DNA of 53,267 nucleotides, from positions 1 through 53,267 of the IMG/VR virus record IMGVR_UViG_3300043409_000116; one strand, given 5' to 3'. The translations under genes and the position numbers were made by a program. Under the pieces are notes generated by a model. The model did no database searches. It had not been told where the DNA came from and worked only from the letters and a program-made list of their open reading frames with translations. Of the stretch, positions 26,550 through 35,774 are shown one piece after another; the stretch's first letter is position 1; every line of letters begins with the position of its first letter. This DNA comes from a virus. Its lineage: Duplodnaviria; Caudoviricetes.

Positions 26550-26639
26550 TCACGGCATGAGCACGTCAAAATAGTGTAGGGCGCCAGCCAGTAACCACGC
26601 CAGCATGAGCAGGGCCAGCATGAGGGTAGCGGCCCTCAT
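26550..26639 (-). CDS. Small membrane peptide (29 aa)
   Basis: ATG overlapping upstream stop; single TM. Confidence 0.5.
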   Translation of the reverse strand: MRAATLMLALLMLAWLLAGALHYFDVLMP

Positions 26640-26968
26640 GCCCGTTCGGCGATATCGCCCCAGCAGCCGATCCGATAAGACGAGCCGTAGCGCACCAGCG
26701 TCGGCGTGTAGGTATCGCCAGCGTTGAGGTACAGGCACTCGCCGCGCCGAGTAGTAAACCCTTCCACGCCGTGAAACCCGCCGAGCGCGTTTAAACACTC
26801 CATGCGGATATCTTGCGTCGTCGGCGCGTGGTAGCACTCGGCCAGCCGCGCAGCGCCTACGGGCGTTCGCAGTAGCTGCTCGCGTGACATTTTCAGTAGC
26901 GCCTTGGCCTGGGCGGCGTCGGCGCCGAATAGTTGGCGCAGTGCGCGGGTTGATGGTGAGCGGATCAT
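26636..26968 (-). CDS. Hypothetical protein (HGVE...YLNAGDTYTPT...WGD)
   Basis: GGAG RBS before MIRSPST. Confidence 0.7.
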   Translation of the reverse strand: MIRSPSTRALRQLFGADAAQAKALLKMSREQLLRTPVGAARLAECYHAPTTQDIRMECLNALGGFHGVEGFTTRRGECLYLNAGDTYTPTLVRYGSSYRIGCWGDIAERA

Positions 26969-27234
26969 GCTGTTATCTCCATTTTGCTTAACCACACGCG
27001 AATTTCACGCATATCTGCTTGGCTAACAGTCCATTCGTCTACGCCGCCGTATAACCATAAGCCGCCCGTGTGATCTAAAATTGTGCTGACGTTATAACGG
27101 GAGATAAATTGTCCATGCGGAGTATGCTGATAGCGTGGATCATAGAATTCGATCATAGGTTCGTCATGGTTAGTCAGGCAATCGTCGCGCCCGTAGGCGC
27201 CGCCCGTGGGGATTATTTTGGTATTGAATCGCAT
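26965..27234 (-). CDS. Hypothetical protein (89 aa)
   Basis: AAGGA RBS; YGRDDCLT...IEFYD...GQFISRY. Confidence 0.7.
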   Translation of the reverse strand: MRFNTKIIPTGGAYGRDDCLTNHDEPMIEFYDPRYQHTPHGQFISRYNVSTILDHTGGLWLYGGVDEWTVSQADMREIRVWLSKMEITA

Positions 27235-27245
27235 GGTGTTAGTCC

Positions 27246-27569
27246 TTAAAAACTTGAAACGTAGACAATCAAACCGGCAGACGTGATGCCGACCACTGAG
27301 GTGCGATCCTCAAGGTATTGCATGGCGACCGGGATAGCATCCTCTTTTTCGTCGTCGTTCAATTCGACGCCGTGGCTCTCAAGTATCTCTACGGGCGTCG
27401 ATTCAGCATAGTCGCAACATAGGCCGATAACGTCGAGTTCGTAATCTGGCTGCGCGTCTTCCAGATAGTCGAACAGCAGGCCGAGCGCCTCATAGCTGAA
27501 CTGGTCTTGACGCCCGGCGGCGCGGAAGGCGTCGCGGAACTGGCTGGCGTGGCTGATAGTCTGTTTCAT
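27246..27569 (-). CDS. Acidic early protein (FSYEAL..LFDYLE...ELDVI.LCCDY)
   Basis: 107 aa, GGAG RBS. Confidence 0.7.
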   Translation of the reverse strand: MKQTISHASQFRDAFRAAGRQDQFSYEALGLLFDYLEDAQPDYELDVIGLCCDYAESTPVEILESHGVELNDDEKEDAIPVAMQYLEDRTSVVGITSAGLIVYVSSF

Positions 27570-27763
27570 GCTGACACTCCCACAATCGGCGCCATATCGG
27601 TGCAGATGCAGAGCACGCGCCGAAAGCGCGGCGCGTCTGGTAGTGTGATGGCCTCAAGATTGCGGCCGGAGTGAGTGAAACTCTCCACGCGCATCGGCGC
27701 GCCATGCACTTGGATGATCTGGCCGATTTTGTATGCGGCTTTAGGGATAAACGCGAATGTCAT
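27566..27763 (-). CDS. Hypothetical protein (65 aa)
   Basis: TAAGG RBS, overlap coupling. Confidence 0.6.
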   Translation of the reverse strand: MTFAFIPKAAYKIGQIIQVHGAPMRVESFTHSGRNLEAITLPDAPRFRRVLCICTDMAPIVGVSA

Positions 27764-27837
27764 ATCGTGTACCTTACTTTATTGCCGGGACAATTCCCGC
27801 CACTGCCCATATTTACATGGGCAATAGCTGGCACTGT

Positions 27838-28407
27838 TTAAACGCTCTGCATCTCGCCATGATCTGGGCAGTGAGGCGCGCCCATATCGTTTAGCCACTT
27901 GCCAGCTACGCGCACTGTGTAGCCACACTCCCGGCATACACACTTCAACATTCTGGTGCTTTGCTTTTTCTGCGCGTTTGCGGGGACTAGATCAGCATGA
28001 GGATACGCGCCGAGCCGAGCCAGCACTGGTGAGGCCCACGCAGTGAACTGTGGCCCGGCTACAGTAGCCGTCATCTTGCCAGTGAGGCCAATGGCAAGGG
28101 CAGTACGTTTAAACGCTTTGCCGTGGCCGTCATTCGGGTGTGATGCGTGAATCATCTCATGCGCCAAAATGTCTAGCACTCGGGCGCTTTCGCTGATTGT
28201 GGGCGAGATGAAAATTTCGGCGTGTTTGTCAGCACTGGCACGGGCTGACCAACATTCGCCGATTCTGCGATTCTTGCTTGCCAATGCTGATTTTGAGGGA
28301 AAGCCGCATGAGGCGCGCACTTGCAAGGGTAGGTCAACGCCACACTGTTTAAACAGTGCGCGCAGTTCAATGGTAGCTTGAGAGAGCCAGTTTTCGCGGG
28401 TTTGCAT
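27838..28407 (-). CDS. SprT-like zinc metalloprotease with C-terminal Zn ribbon
   Basis: HEMIH zincin motif, GHGKAF, C.C..C...CPDH. Confidence 0.75.
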   Translation of the reverse strand: MQTRENWLSQATIELRALFKQCGVDLPLQVRASCGFPSKSALASKNRRIGECWSARASADKHAEIFISPTISESARVLDILAHEMIHASHPNDGHGKAFKRTALAIGLTGKMTATVAGPQFTAWASPVLARLGAYPHADLVPANAQKKQSTRMLKCVCRECGYTVRVAGKWLNDMGAPHCPDHGEMQSV

Positions 28408-28465
28408 GGTGTACTGTCCTTTACTGTATTGTGAGAGGGCGAGAATTCGACCCTCTCACATAGTA

Positions 28466-28550
28466 AGCATAATAGATTCGTGCCAGCACATGGGCGCGTG
28501 CGCTAAGTGCTTGATTCGTAACAATATTTAGCACACTAGGGGAAACCCTA
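28466..28550 (-). promoter_or_regulatory. Early promoter region: sigma54-like -24 box, IHF consensus site, palindrome
   Basis: TGGCACG (28479-28485, -), AATCAAGCACTTA (28504-28516, -), TAGGG-GAAA-CCCTA (28537-28550). Confidence 0.4.
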
Positions 28551-28556
28551 ATAGAT

Positions 28557-28767
28557 TGTGTGTCAGCGTGGGTGACGTGTGGGTGTCGTTGTGGGTGATG
28601 GTGCAAAGGGGCGCGCGCCTCTCAAAATGCCCTCTGTGTGTCATGTGTGTCATCATTTTACTAAGTCTAATATATAGATATATATATGTATAGTAGGGCG
28701 CAGATCGCGGGAGTTGGCGCGACTACGAAGTGTAAAATAACTGCCCACACTGCCCACACTGCCCACA
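28557..28767. repeat. Ori/pac-like short repeats flanking an AT-rich core
   Basis: GTGGGTG x3, TGTGTGTCA x3, TA-rich tract, CTGCCCACA x3 tandem in opposite orientation. Confidence 0.65.
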
Positions 28768-28779
28768 AATGGAGATGAT

Positions 28780-29205
28780 ATGGCCGGAACGAAAAAGAAA
28801 CGCTCGGACCTAGAGCTGCTTGATGCGATTGACCCTGAATTGATCACGGGCATGCTAGAGCACGGCAAAAGCATAGCGGATGTTTGTCTTGCCCTGGGCA
28901 TCAGCAAGCGGGCCTTGGACATTTGGATAGACCAAACGGGATTCAGTGACGCTATACTACGTGCGCGCGTGCGCGCCGCTGATATGATGGCTTGCGAGAC
29001 GTTGACGATAGCGGACAACATACCGGATGACAATCCTTCCCGGCCACTGCACCGCATCCGTACACGCCAGTGGCTAGCCGAGCGATGGGATCCAAAGCTC
29101 TACGGCACCAAGCAAACCGAAGTGAGCATTAACATCGGCAGCCTGCGCCTGGATGCACTACGGCAAATCGAAGTGAGCACTAACTTAGATGCTGACACTG
29201 TATAG
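28780..29205 (+). CDS. terS: Terminase small subunit
   Basis: N-terminal HTH, RI.TRQW.A.RW.PK.YG motif, upstream of TerL. Confidence 0.8.
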   Translation: MAGTKKKRSDLELLDAIDPELITGMLEHGKSIADVCLALGISKRALDIWIDQTGFSDAILRARVRAADMMACETLTIADNIPDDNPSRPLHRIRTRQWLAERWDPKLYGTKQTEVSINIGSLRLDALRQIEVSTNLDADTV

Positions 29206-29303
29206 ACATACAGCCCCCCCCTTGACAAAAACCTGGGGGGTGTAAACTGCAGCACCAAACACCTACCAAACTGCCCACATTGACCACAAAAATTTTTTAA
29301 AAA

Positions 29304-30710
29304 ATGAGTGAAAATCCGTTTGTTGCTTTTGCACAACTCTACCGAAACAACCCAGTGCTGTTTGTCAAGGAGGTGCTTGGTGTTAAGCCTGACCCCTGGC
29401 AGGAGGAGTTCTTGGGGCACATTGCGGCAAACAACCGCCGCATCAGCGTTCGGTCCGGGCATGGCGTAGGGAAGAGTACGGCAGCGTCCTGGGCAATCAT
29501 CTGGTACCTGCTGTTGCGGTTTCCCGTCAAGATTGTGGTCACAGCACCTACCAGCAGCCAACTCTACGATGCCCTGTTCGCTGAGTTGAAACGCTGGGTG
29601 AAGGCGCTACCGCCGACACTGCAGGAGCAACTGGAGGTGAAGCAGGACCGGATTGAGGTGAAGGAGGCTCCCACTGAAGCCTTTGTCAGCGCCAGGACAT
29701 CACGCGCAGAGCAGCCAGAGGCATTGCAGGGGGTACACAGTGAGAATGTGATGCTGGTGGCTGACGAGGCCAGCGGTATCCCCGAGCAGGTATTTGAGGC
29801 TGCAGCGGGAAGTATGTCGGGCCACAAGGCTGTAACTTTGTTACTAGGTAACCCGGTACGCAGCAGCGGTTTCTTCTTTGACACCCACAACCGCCTCAAG
29901 GATGATTGGGTGACCATGAAGGTGAGCTGCGCCGACAGCCCCAGGGTGAGTGAAGCCTACATGGATGAGATGAAGAGCAGGTACGGCGAGGAGTCCAACG
30001 CCTACCGGATACGGGTGCTGGGAGACTTTCCGAGGAGCGATGACGATACGGTGATTCCTATGGAATTGCTTGAGGCTGCTACCAACCGAGATGTGGCGGT
30101 CAGCCCCATTGCCCAAGTGGTGTGGGGGTTGGACGTTGCGAGGTTTGGCAGTGACAGAAGCGCACTGTGCAAGCGCCAGGGGAATGCCATCATTGAGCCA
30201 GTGAAGACTTGGAAGAACCTGGACCTAATGCAACTCACTGGTGCGGTGATGGCAGAGTACCAGGCACTGCCACCAAGCCAGCGTCCCCATGAGATCATGG
30301 TGGACAGCATTGGCTTGGGGGCTGGGGTGGTGGACAGGCTGCGTGAATTAAAGTTACCAGCGATTGGCATCAATGTGGCAGAATCCCCGGCATTGGGGAG
30401 TACCTACAGGAATCTGAAGGCTGAACTGTGGCACAAGGCCAAGGCTTGGCTGGAGAAGCGAGACTGCGTTATTCCCAAGGATGAGAGTTTGATTGCCGAG
30501 TTAGCCACAGTGCGGTACTTTTTTACTTCCAGCGGCAAGATTCAGATTGAGGGCAAGGACGAGATTCGCAAGCGTGGCCTGGCGTCACCAGACAAGGCTG
30601 ATGCATTCTGCTTGACCTTTGCCAGCGATGCCGGGACAGCGATGTATGGCAGCTTTGGCGGCAGCAAGTGGGGTCAGGGGCTTAAACGTAACTTAACGAG
30701 GGCAGCATGA
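29304..30710 (+). CDS. terL: Terminase large subunit
   Basis: SGHGVGKS Walker A, ADEASG Walker B, GNP, GLDVARFGSD and SPDKADA nuclease motifs. Confidence 0.93.
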   Translation: MSENPFVAFAQLYRNNPVLFVKEVLGVKPDPWQEEFLGHIAANNRRISVRSGHGVGKSTAASWAIIWYLLLRFPVKIVVTAPTSSQLYDALFAELKRWVKALPPTLQEQLEVKQDRIEVKEAPTEAFVSARTSRAEQPEALQGVHSENVMLVADEASGIPEQVFEAAAGSMSGHKAVTLLLGNPVRSSGFFFDTHNRLKDDWVTMKVSCADSPRVSEAYMDEMKSRYGEESNAYRIRVLGDFPRSDDDTVIPMELLEAATNRDVAVSPIAQVVWGLDVARFGSDRSALCKRQGNAIIEPVKTWKNLDLMQLTGAVMAEYQALPPSQRPHEIMVDSIGLGAGVVDRLRELKLPAIGINVAESPALGSTYRNLKAELWHKAKAWLEKRDCVIPKDESLIAELATVRYFFTSSGKIQIEGKDEIRKRGLASPDKADAFCLTFASDAGTAMYGSFGGSKWGQGLKRNLTRAA

Positions 30711-30865
30711 AACTTACAGACGCGACAAAGAAAATTGCAAAGGTCATGGGCGAGTACAAGGACAAGAAGCTGATGAGCAGCTCCGGTCAGAAGGTGAAGA
30801 CCCGTGACCAGGCCGTGGCAATTGCTATGTCCGAGGCGCAGAAGATGAAGAAGGGCATGAAATGA
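30707..30865 (+). CDS. Small basic protein, DUF6496-like (52 aa)
   Basis: Translated by hand: KIAKVMGEYK.KKL.SSSGQKVKTRDQAVAIAMSEA; ATGA overlaps at both ends. Confidence 0.7.
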   Translation: MKLTDATKKIAKVMGEYKDKKLMSSSGQKVKTRDQAVAIAMSEAQKMKKGMK

Positions 30866-31293
30866 GAACCATACCCAAAGAGATGAAACACGCCGTGATG
30901 ATTATCATGGGCGGCAAAGAGCCTGGCGACAGTTGTCCAGAGGCAACTCAGGATGTGACGTTGAACTTGAAGAACCGCGACAAGGCCATCAGCAAGGCGG
31001 CATACGGTCCCGAGAATCCCAAGCTGCCCAACACCGAGTTCTGGATGCGTAAGGCAGAGAAGTGGGACGTGGCCATTAAAGATGCAAAGATGAGCAGATG
31101 CGGTAACTGTTCTGCGTTTAACCAGGATGAGGAGATGCTGGAGTGCATTGCCGAGGGTATTGGCAATGATGATGTAGTTGAGGCTGGTGATCTAGGGTAC
31201 TGCGAGATATTCGACTTCAAGTGCGCGTCAAGCAGAAGTTGCGATGCCTGGATTGTTGAAGACGAGGAAGTGGACACCGAGCTGGAAGAATGA
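30862..31293 (+). CDS. Cys-rich protein with HiPIP-like motif
   Basis: CGNC..F ... GYC..F ... C..W. Confidence 0.6.
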   Translation: MRTIPKEMKHAVMIIMGGKEPGDSCPEATQDVTLNLKNRDKAISKAAYGPENPKLPNTEFWMRKAEKWDVAIKDAKMSRCGNCSAFNQDEEMLECIAEGIGNDDVVEAGDLGYCEIFDFKCASSRSCDAWIVEDEEVDTELEE

Positions 31294-31976
31294 ACCCTCC
31301 CATTGTCATCAGCACCGTCCACGGCAGGGGTTTACCCGTGTTACTTGAGAGCATCAAGCAGTATGCGCCTGATGTCCAGGTGTATCTCAAGGGTCCAGAG
31401 CGAGTGATTGAGGGCTACAACTGCACACTGGTGTTTGGTGAGGCCACCAACTTTGGTGATGATTACAACGCCGTGATCAGCAGGGCATTGAGTGACGGGC
31501 ATGGGGCGGTGGTGATTGCCAATGATGATATTGTGCTGACGCCCAGCAGTTACCGGGTGCTGCTGGATGATGTGGAAATCTGCAAGGAGCTGAACCAGAA
31601 CCCTGGCCTGGTGGCATCCAGGTCCGATGCCGTGAGGCCAATCCAGAATGTCAGGTTTAGCGATGGCGAGAAACTCAATGGCATGAAGTTCAGCCATGAG
31701 TCATTTGTCAAGCAGTTGCCTGTGCTGAGTCCAATATTCGCCTGGATGTCTGCAGAGGCATTTGAGGATTGTCAGTTCCCGCCTATCAATTACTTCAGCG
31801 ATGACGTTATCTGCATTGACTTGGCGAAGAAGGGCTACAGGCATTTTCTGAGTGCCAGTTATGTGCATCACATTGGCAGCAGCACCATAGGACGAGATGC
31901 ACAACAACTGACGCTGGCGGCTAAACCTTGGATTGAGCAACATCGTCCAAACTACGCAAAAGAATGGTTTCAATGA
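31290..31976 (+). CDS. Glycosyltransferase, GT-A/GT2-like
   Basis: LLESI, NFG..YN, IANDDIV (DxD-like), YFSDD, VHH.GSST. Confidence 0.75.
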   Translation: MNPPIVISTVHGRGLPVLLESIKQYAPDVQVYLKGPERVIEGYNCTLVFGEATNFGDDYNAVISRALSDGHGAVVIANDDIVLTPSSYRVLLDDVEICKELNQNPGLVASRSDAVRPIQNVRFSDGEKLNGMKFSHESFVKQLPVLSPIFAWMSAEAFEDCQFPPINYFSDDVICIDLAKKGYRHFLSASYVHHIGSSTIGRDAQQLTLAAKPWIEQHRPNYAKEWFQ

Positions 31977-32491
31977 GCCACCAGGCGCAATCAGATTTTG
32001 TGAGTAGAGTGAAAGCGCGATACCCTGAGATGTTTACAGGGACTCGGGTGCTGGAGGTAGGTTCCTTGAACATTAACGGCAGCGTCCGACAGTTTTTTGA
32101 TAATTCAACAGAGTATGTTGGGTGTGATTTGGGTGAGGGTCCAGGCGTTGACTTGGTTTGCTTGGCGCATGAGCTGCCGTTTGCTGATGGTTATTTTGAT
32201 GTGGCGATTAGCTGCGAGTGCTTTGAGCATGATAGGCACTGGCAGAAGACATTTCAGAAGATGATTGATTTGGTGCGTGATGGTGGCCTGGTTTTGTTCA
32301 GTTGCGCCACCACCGGGCGGCATGAGCATGGCACCACCCGCACCTCACCAGCCGATGCGCCATTCACAAATGATTATTATCGGAACCTTGAAAGTTGGCA
32401 CTTTATGCCAATGGTCAAAAAAATGGTTCAATTTGAGTTTAGCGAAAATCAATCCCCAAGAGATTTGTACTTTTGGGGTATCAAGGAATGA
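31973..32491 (+). CDS. Class I SAM-dependent methyltransferase
   Basis: VLEVGS, YVGCD, GPGVD, FDVAIS.ECFEHD. Confidence 0.85.
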   Translation: MSHQAQSDFVSRVKARYPEMFTGTRVLEVGSLNINGSVRQFFDNSTEYVGCDLGEGPGVDLVCLAHELPFADGYFDVAISCECFEHDRHWQKTFQKMIDLVRDGGLVLFSCATTGRHEHGTTRTSPADAPFTNDYYRNLESWHFMPMVKKMVQFEFSENQSPRDLYFWGIKE

Positions 32492-34560
32492 GCATGGAAA
32501 CTTTGAACACTGACACCCAGGCCGTAGAGGTCATGGACCTGGATGAATTGCAGGGCATCATCAGCATGGAGTTGACAGATGCCATCAGCTACATTGACAC
32601 CGACCTGAGTCCCATCCGTGCCAAGGGCACCGAGTATTACAGGGGTGATTTGTTCGGCAGCGAGGAAGATGGGCGCAGCCAGGTGGTGGCAATGGAGGTG
32701 CGCGATACCGTATCAGCCATGATGCCCAGCCTGATGCGGATATTCTTCAGCACCGAGAACACCGTTGAGTTTGTGCCCACGGGTCCAGAGGACGTTGCCA
32801 ATGCACAGCAGGCTACTGATTACTGCAACTTCATCTTCAACAGCGACAACAACGGTTTCCTGACCACCTACGCCACCTTTAAGGATTCACTGGTGCGGAA
32901 GTGCGGCATTATGAAGTGCTGGTGGGAGGAGGATGAGACTGTTCGCATCGAGGAATACTCTGGCCTCGATGACCAGACGCTGCAGATACTGATGCAGGAG
33001 CAGGATGGGGTGATGGTGATGAACACCTACCCCGACCAGATGATGGGTCAGCTGCACGATGTCCAGATCAAGCGGAAGATCAAGGGTGGACGGGTGCGAA
33101 TTATGTCGGTGCCGCCCGAGGAATTGCTGCTGGACCGTAGGGCCAGGTCATTTGATGACAGCGCCATCATTGCCCACCGCCAGATGGCGACTGTGGCGCA
33201 ACTGATTGAGTTGGGCTACGACGAGGACGAGGTGCGGGAGAACATCACCAGCAGCGACCTGGACACCAACGAGGAGTTCCTGGCGCGTCAGCCCATGAGC
33301 AGCTTTGGTGTTTCTGTTGAGAGTGCCAACCCGATGATGGAGCGAGTGCTGTACGTTGAGGCGTACCTGCGAGTGGACTACGACAAGGACGGGATTCCCG
33401 AGTTGCGGAAGGTCTGCTGCATTGGCAGCGGCTACAAGATTCTGAGGAACCTGCCAGCGTCCTACATTCCGTTTGTTGATTTTCCCTGCGACCCTGAGCC
33501 TCACACAAGCCCACTTGAGGCAATGTCAATATTTGACATTACCCACGACCTGCAGGAGATCAAGAGCGAGATTCTCAGGAACACGCTGGACTCCCTGGCG
33601 CAGAGCATCCACCCAAGGACTGCAATTGTTGAGGGCCAGGTCAACATTGACGATGTGCTGAACAACGAGACAGGCGCAATTATCAGGATGAGGGCACCCG
33701 GCATGGTTCAGCCGTTCTCCACACCATTTGTGGGCCAGGCCGCATTCCCAATGCTGGACTACATTGACCAGATTCGTGAGGACCGCACTGGCATGAGCAA
33801 GGCGGCTATGGGGTTGAATGCTGATGCCCTGCAGTCCAGCACCAAGGCGGCGGTGGCAGCAACTATCTCAGCCAGCCAGGGCCGCATTGAGTTGATCAGC
33901 AGGCTCATGGCAGAGGGCATGAAGAAACTGTTCAAGAGCATTTTGTTCTTGGTGACCACCCACCAGGACAAGGCTCGCATGGTGCGCTTGCGGAATGAGT
34001 TTGTGCAGATTGACCCTCGGGCCTGGGACGCTGCGATGGACTGCTCAATCAACATTGGCCTGGGCAATGGCGACACCAACGAGCGCATTGCGGCTCTGAT
34101 GCAGATTGCAGCCAAGCAACAGGAGGCCATCACCCAACTGGGTCCAGTGAATCCCTTGGTGACACCAGCCCAGTTCAGCAGCACGTTAAGAAAAATTGTG
34201 GAGTTAAGCGGTTTCCGCGACCCCAGCCAATTCTTCAACCAGATACCCGCCGACTACCAGCCGCCACAGCCACCAGCACCCAAGCCAACACCAGAGGAGG
34301 TGCTGGCGCAAGTGCAGGCGCAGAGCATCCAGGCCGACATCCAGAAGAAGGCAGCAGAGCTTGAGTTAAGCCGCCAGAAGATGATGATGGACGATGACTT
34401 TGCCAGGGACAAGATGTACCAGGAGATGGCTCTGAAGAAATACGAGCTGGAGTTGAAGTACAACACCCAGATCAACACGGCAGAAATCACGGCAGCGCAG
34501 AATGTTGACCGTGAAATGATCAAACAACAGATGCAACAACAACGAGGACCATTTCAATGA
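32488..34560 (+). CDS. Portal protein
   Basis: ~690 aa; YYRG...GRSQVV, D.Q..KS...R..LD motifs; Q-rich barrel-like C-terminus. Confidence 0.88.
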   Translation: MSMETLNTDTQAVEVMDLDELQGIISMELTDAISYIDTDLSPIRAKGTEYYRGDLFGSEEDGRSQVVAMEVRDTVSAMMPSLMRIFFSTENTVEFVPTGPEDVANAQQATDYCNFIFNSDNNGFLTTYATFKDSLVRKCGIMKCWWEEDETVRIEEYSGLDDQTLQILMQEQDGVMVMNTYPDQMMGQLHDVQIKRKIKGGRVRIMSVPPEELLLDRRARSFDDSAIIAHRQMATVAQLIELGYDEDEVRENITSSDLDTNEEFLARQPMSSFGVSVESANPMMERVLYVEAYLRVDYDKDGIPELRKVCCIGSGYKILRNLPASYIPFVDFPCDPEPHTSPLEAMSIFDITHDLQEIKSEILRNTLDSLAQSIHPRTAIVEGQVNIDDVLNNETGAIIRMRAPGMVQPFSTPFVGQAAFPMLDYIDQIREDRTGMSKAAMGLNADALQSSTKAAVAATISASQGRIELISRLMAEGMKKLFKSILFLVTTHQDKARMVRLRNEFVQIDPRAWDAAMDCSINIGLGNGDTNERIAALMQIAAKQQEAITQLGPVNPLVTPAQFSSTLRKIVELSGFRDPSQFFNQIPADYQPPQPPAPKPTPEEVLAQVQAQSIQADIQKKAAELELSRQKMMMDDDFARDKMYQEMALKKYELELKYNTQINTAEITAAQNVDREMIKQQMQQQRGPFQ

Positions 34561-34823
34561 CCGAAGAGGACGTTATCCGTAAAGGAAACAAGTCAGAGCT
34601 ACTGCTCCAAGACGAAGTTTTCACCAATGCTTTGCAGCAGCTCCAGGATATGCAGATTTACAAGTGGAAGACAAGCCTTCCCGATGAAACTGTAAAGCGT
34701 GAACAGGCGTGGCTGATGATTCAAGTCATTGACAACCTGCGAACTGAGTTGAAGAAGATGGTGGATAACGGCTGGATTGAGCGCAAGAAAATTGAGCGTT
34801 CCGGAAAATTGAAAGGGGTCTAA
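34557..34823 (+). CDS. Hypothetical head-module protein (88 aa)
   Basis: Between portal and scaffold; GAGG RBS. Confidence 0.7.
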   Translation: MTEEDVIRKGNKSELLLQDEVFTNALQQLQDMQIYKWKTSLPDETVKREQAWLMIQVIDNLRTELKKMVDNGWIERKKIERSGKLKGV

Positions 34824-34824
34824 C

Positions 34825-35769
34825 ATGGAAAATTTAAATATTGCTAACGCAGCAACTGCTATCAACGCGATGTTGCCACCTGATGAGGGTGGGGACCAGC
34901 AGGACGTTGAGATGCAGGATGAGTTGACGCAAGTTGACTCAGCGGCTCCAGAGGAGGAATTGCAAGACTCCGATGGGGAACAGTCTGATGAGGTTGAGGC
35001 CGAGGAGGAGGAGGACAAGCCACCTTCGTTCACCGTCAAAGTTGACGGCAAGAATGTTGAGGTCACGCTTGAAGAACTCCAAAAGGGCTACAGCCGAGAG
35101 GCAGACTACACCCGCAAGACTCAGCAAGTGTCCGAGGAACGAAGAGCGTTCCAGGCAGAGGCTGAACTTGTGAGGACGGAGCGCCAACAGTATTCCCAGT
35201 TGCTGGGTTCACTCCAGGCGCAACTTCAGCAAAACGCTGCACCACAGATTGACTTGGATCGTCTTTACAACGAAGACCCAATCGAATGGGTGCGGCAAAA
35301 GGAACTTGCAAGAGATGCCGAGAAAGTAAACGCAGCTATTCAGTCTGAACAGCAGCGACTCTCTCACATCCAGGCGCAAGAGCAATATCAGTCTATGCAG
35401 GCACACCTTGCACAACAACAAGATGCCATGCTCAAAGCCATTCCCGAGTGGGCTAACCCCGACAAGGCGAAGGCTGAAAAGACGTTGCTGATTGAGTGGG
35501 GGCAGAAGCTAGGCTTTTCCTCTGACGAGCTGAAGAATATTTTTGACCACAGGGCTGTCGTTGCGCTGCGTAAGGCGGCGCTGTACGACCAGATGATGAC
35601 CAAAAGAGGCAACATCAGGCCAGCGGTTAACAATGGGCCTAAACCCGCCAAGCCAGGTGCAGCGGGGAGAATGGACAACACAACTGATTCAAGAAGGTCG
35701 CAACAAAGACTTGCTAAAACTGGTCGCGTCAACGATGCGGCTTCCGCAATTGAACATCTTTTGAGGTAA
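34825..35769 (+). CDS. Head scaffolding protein
   Basis: Acidic N-terminus, VKVDG...VTL.EL..GY....DYTRKTQ motif, coiled coil, upstream of MCP. Confidence 0.8.
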   Translation: MENLNIANAATAINAMLPPDEGGDQQDVEMQDELTQVDSAAPEEELQDSDGEQSDEVEAEEEEDKPPSFTVKVDGKNVEVTLEELQKGYSREADYTRKTQQVSEERRAFQAEAELVRTERQQYSQLLGSLQAQLQQNAAPQIDLDRLYNEDPIEWVRQKELARDAEKVNAAIQSEQQRLSHIQAQEQYQSMQAHLAQQQDAMLKAIPEWANPDKAKAEKTLLIEWGQKLGFSSDELKNIFDHRAVVALRKAALYDQMMTKRGNIRPAVNNGPKPAKPGAAGRMDNTTDSRRSQQRLAKTGRVNDAASAIEHLLR

Positions 35770-35774
35770 TCAAA

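Noticed and set aside
28421-29057. Minus-strand ORFs 28421..28606 and 28653..29057
   Set aside because: Overlap the regulatory/repeat region and terS antisense; low-complexity translations
29222-29248. Sigma70 promoter TTGACA...TAAACT upstream of terL
   Set aside because: Spacer only 15 nt; insufficient support
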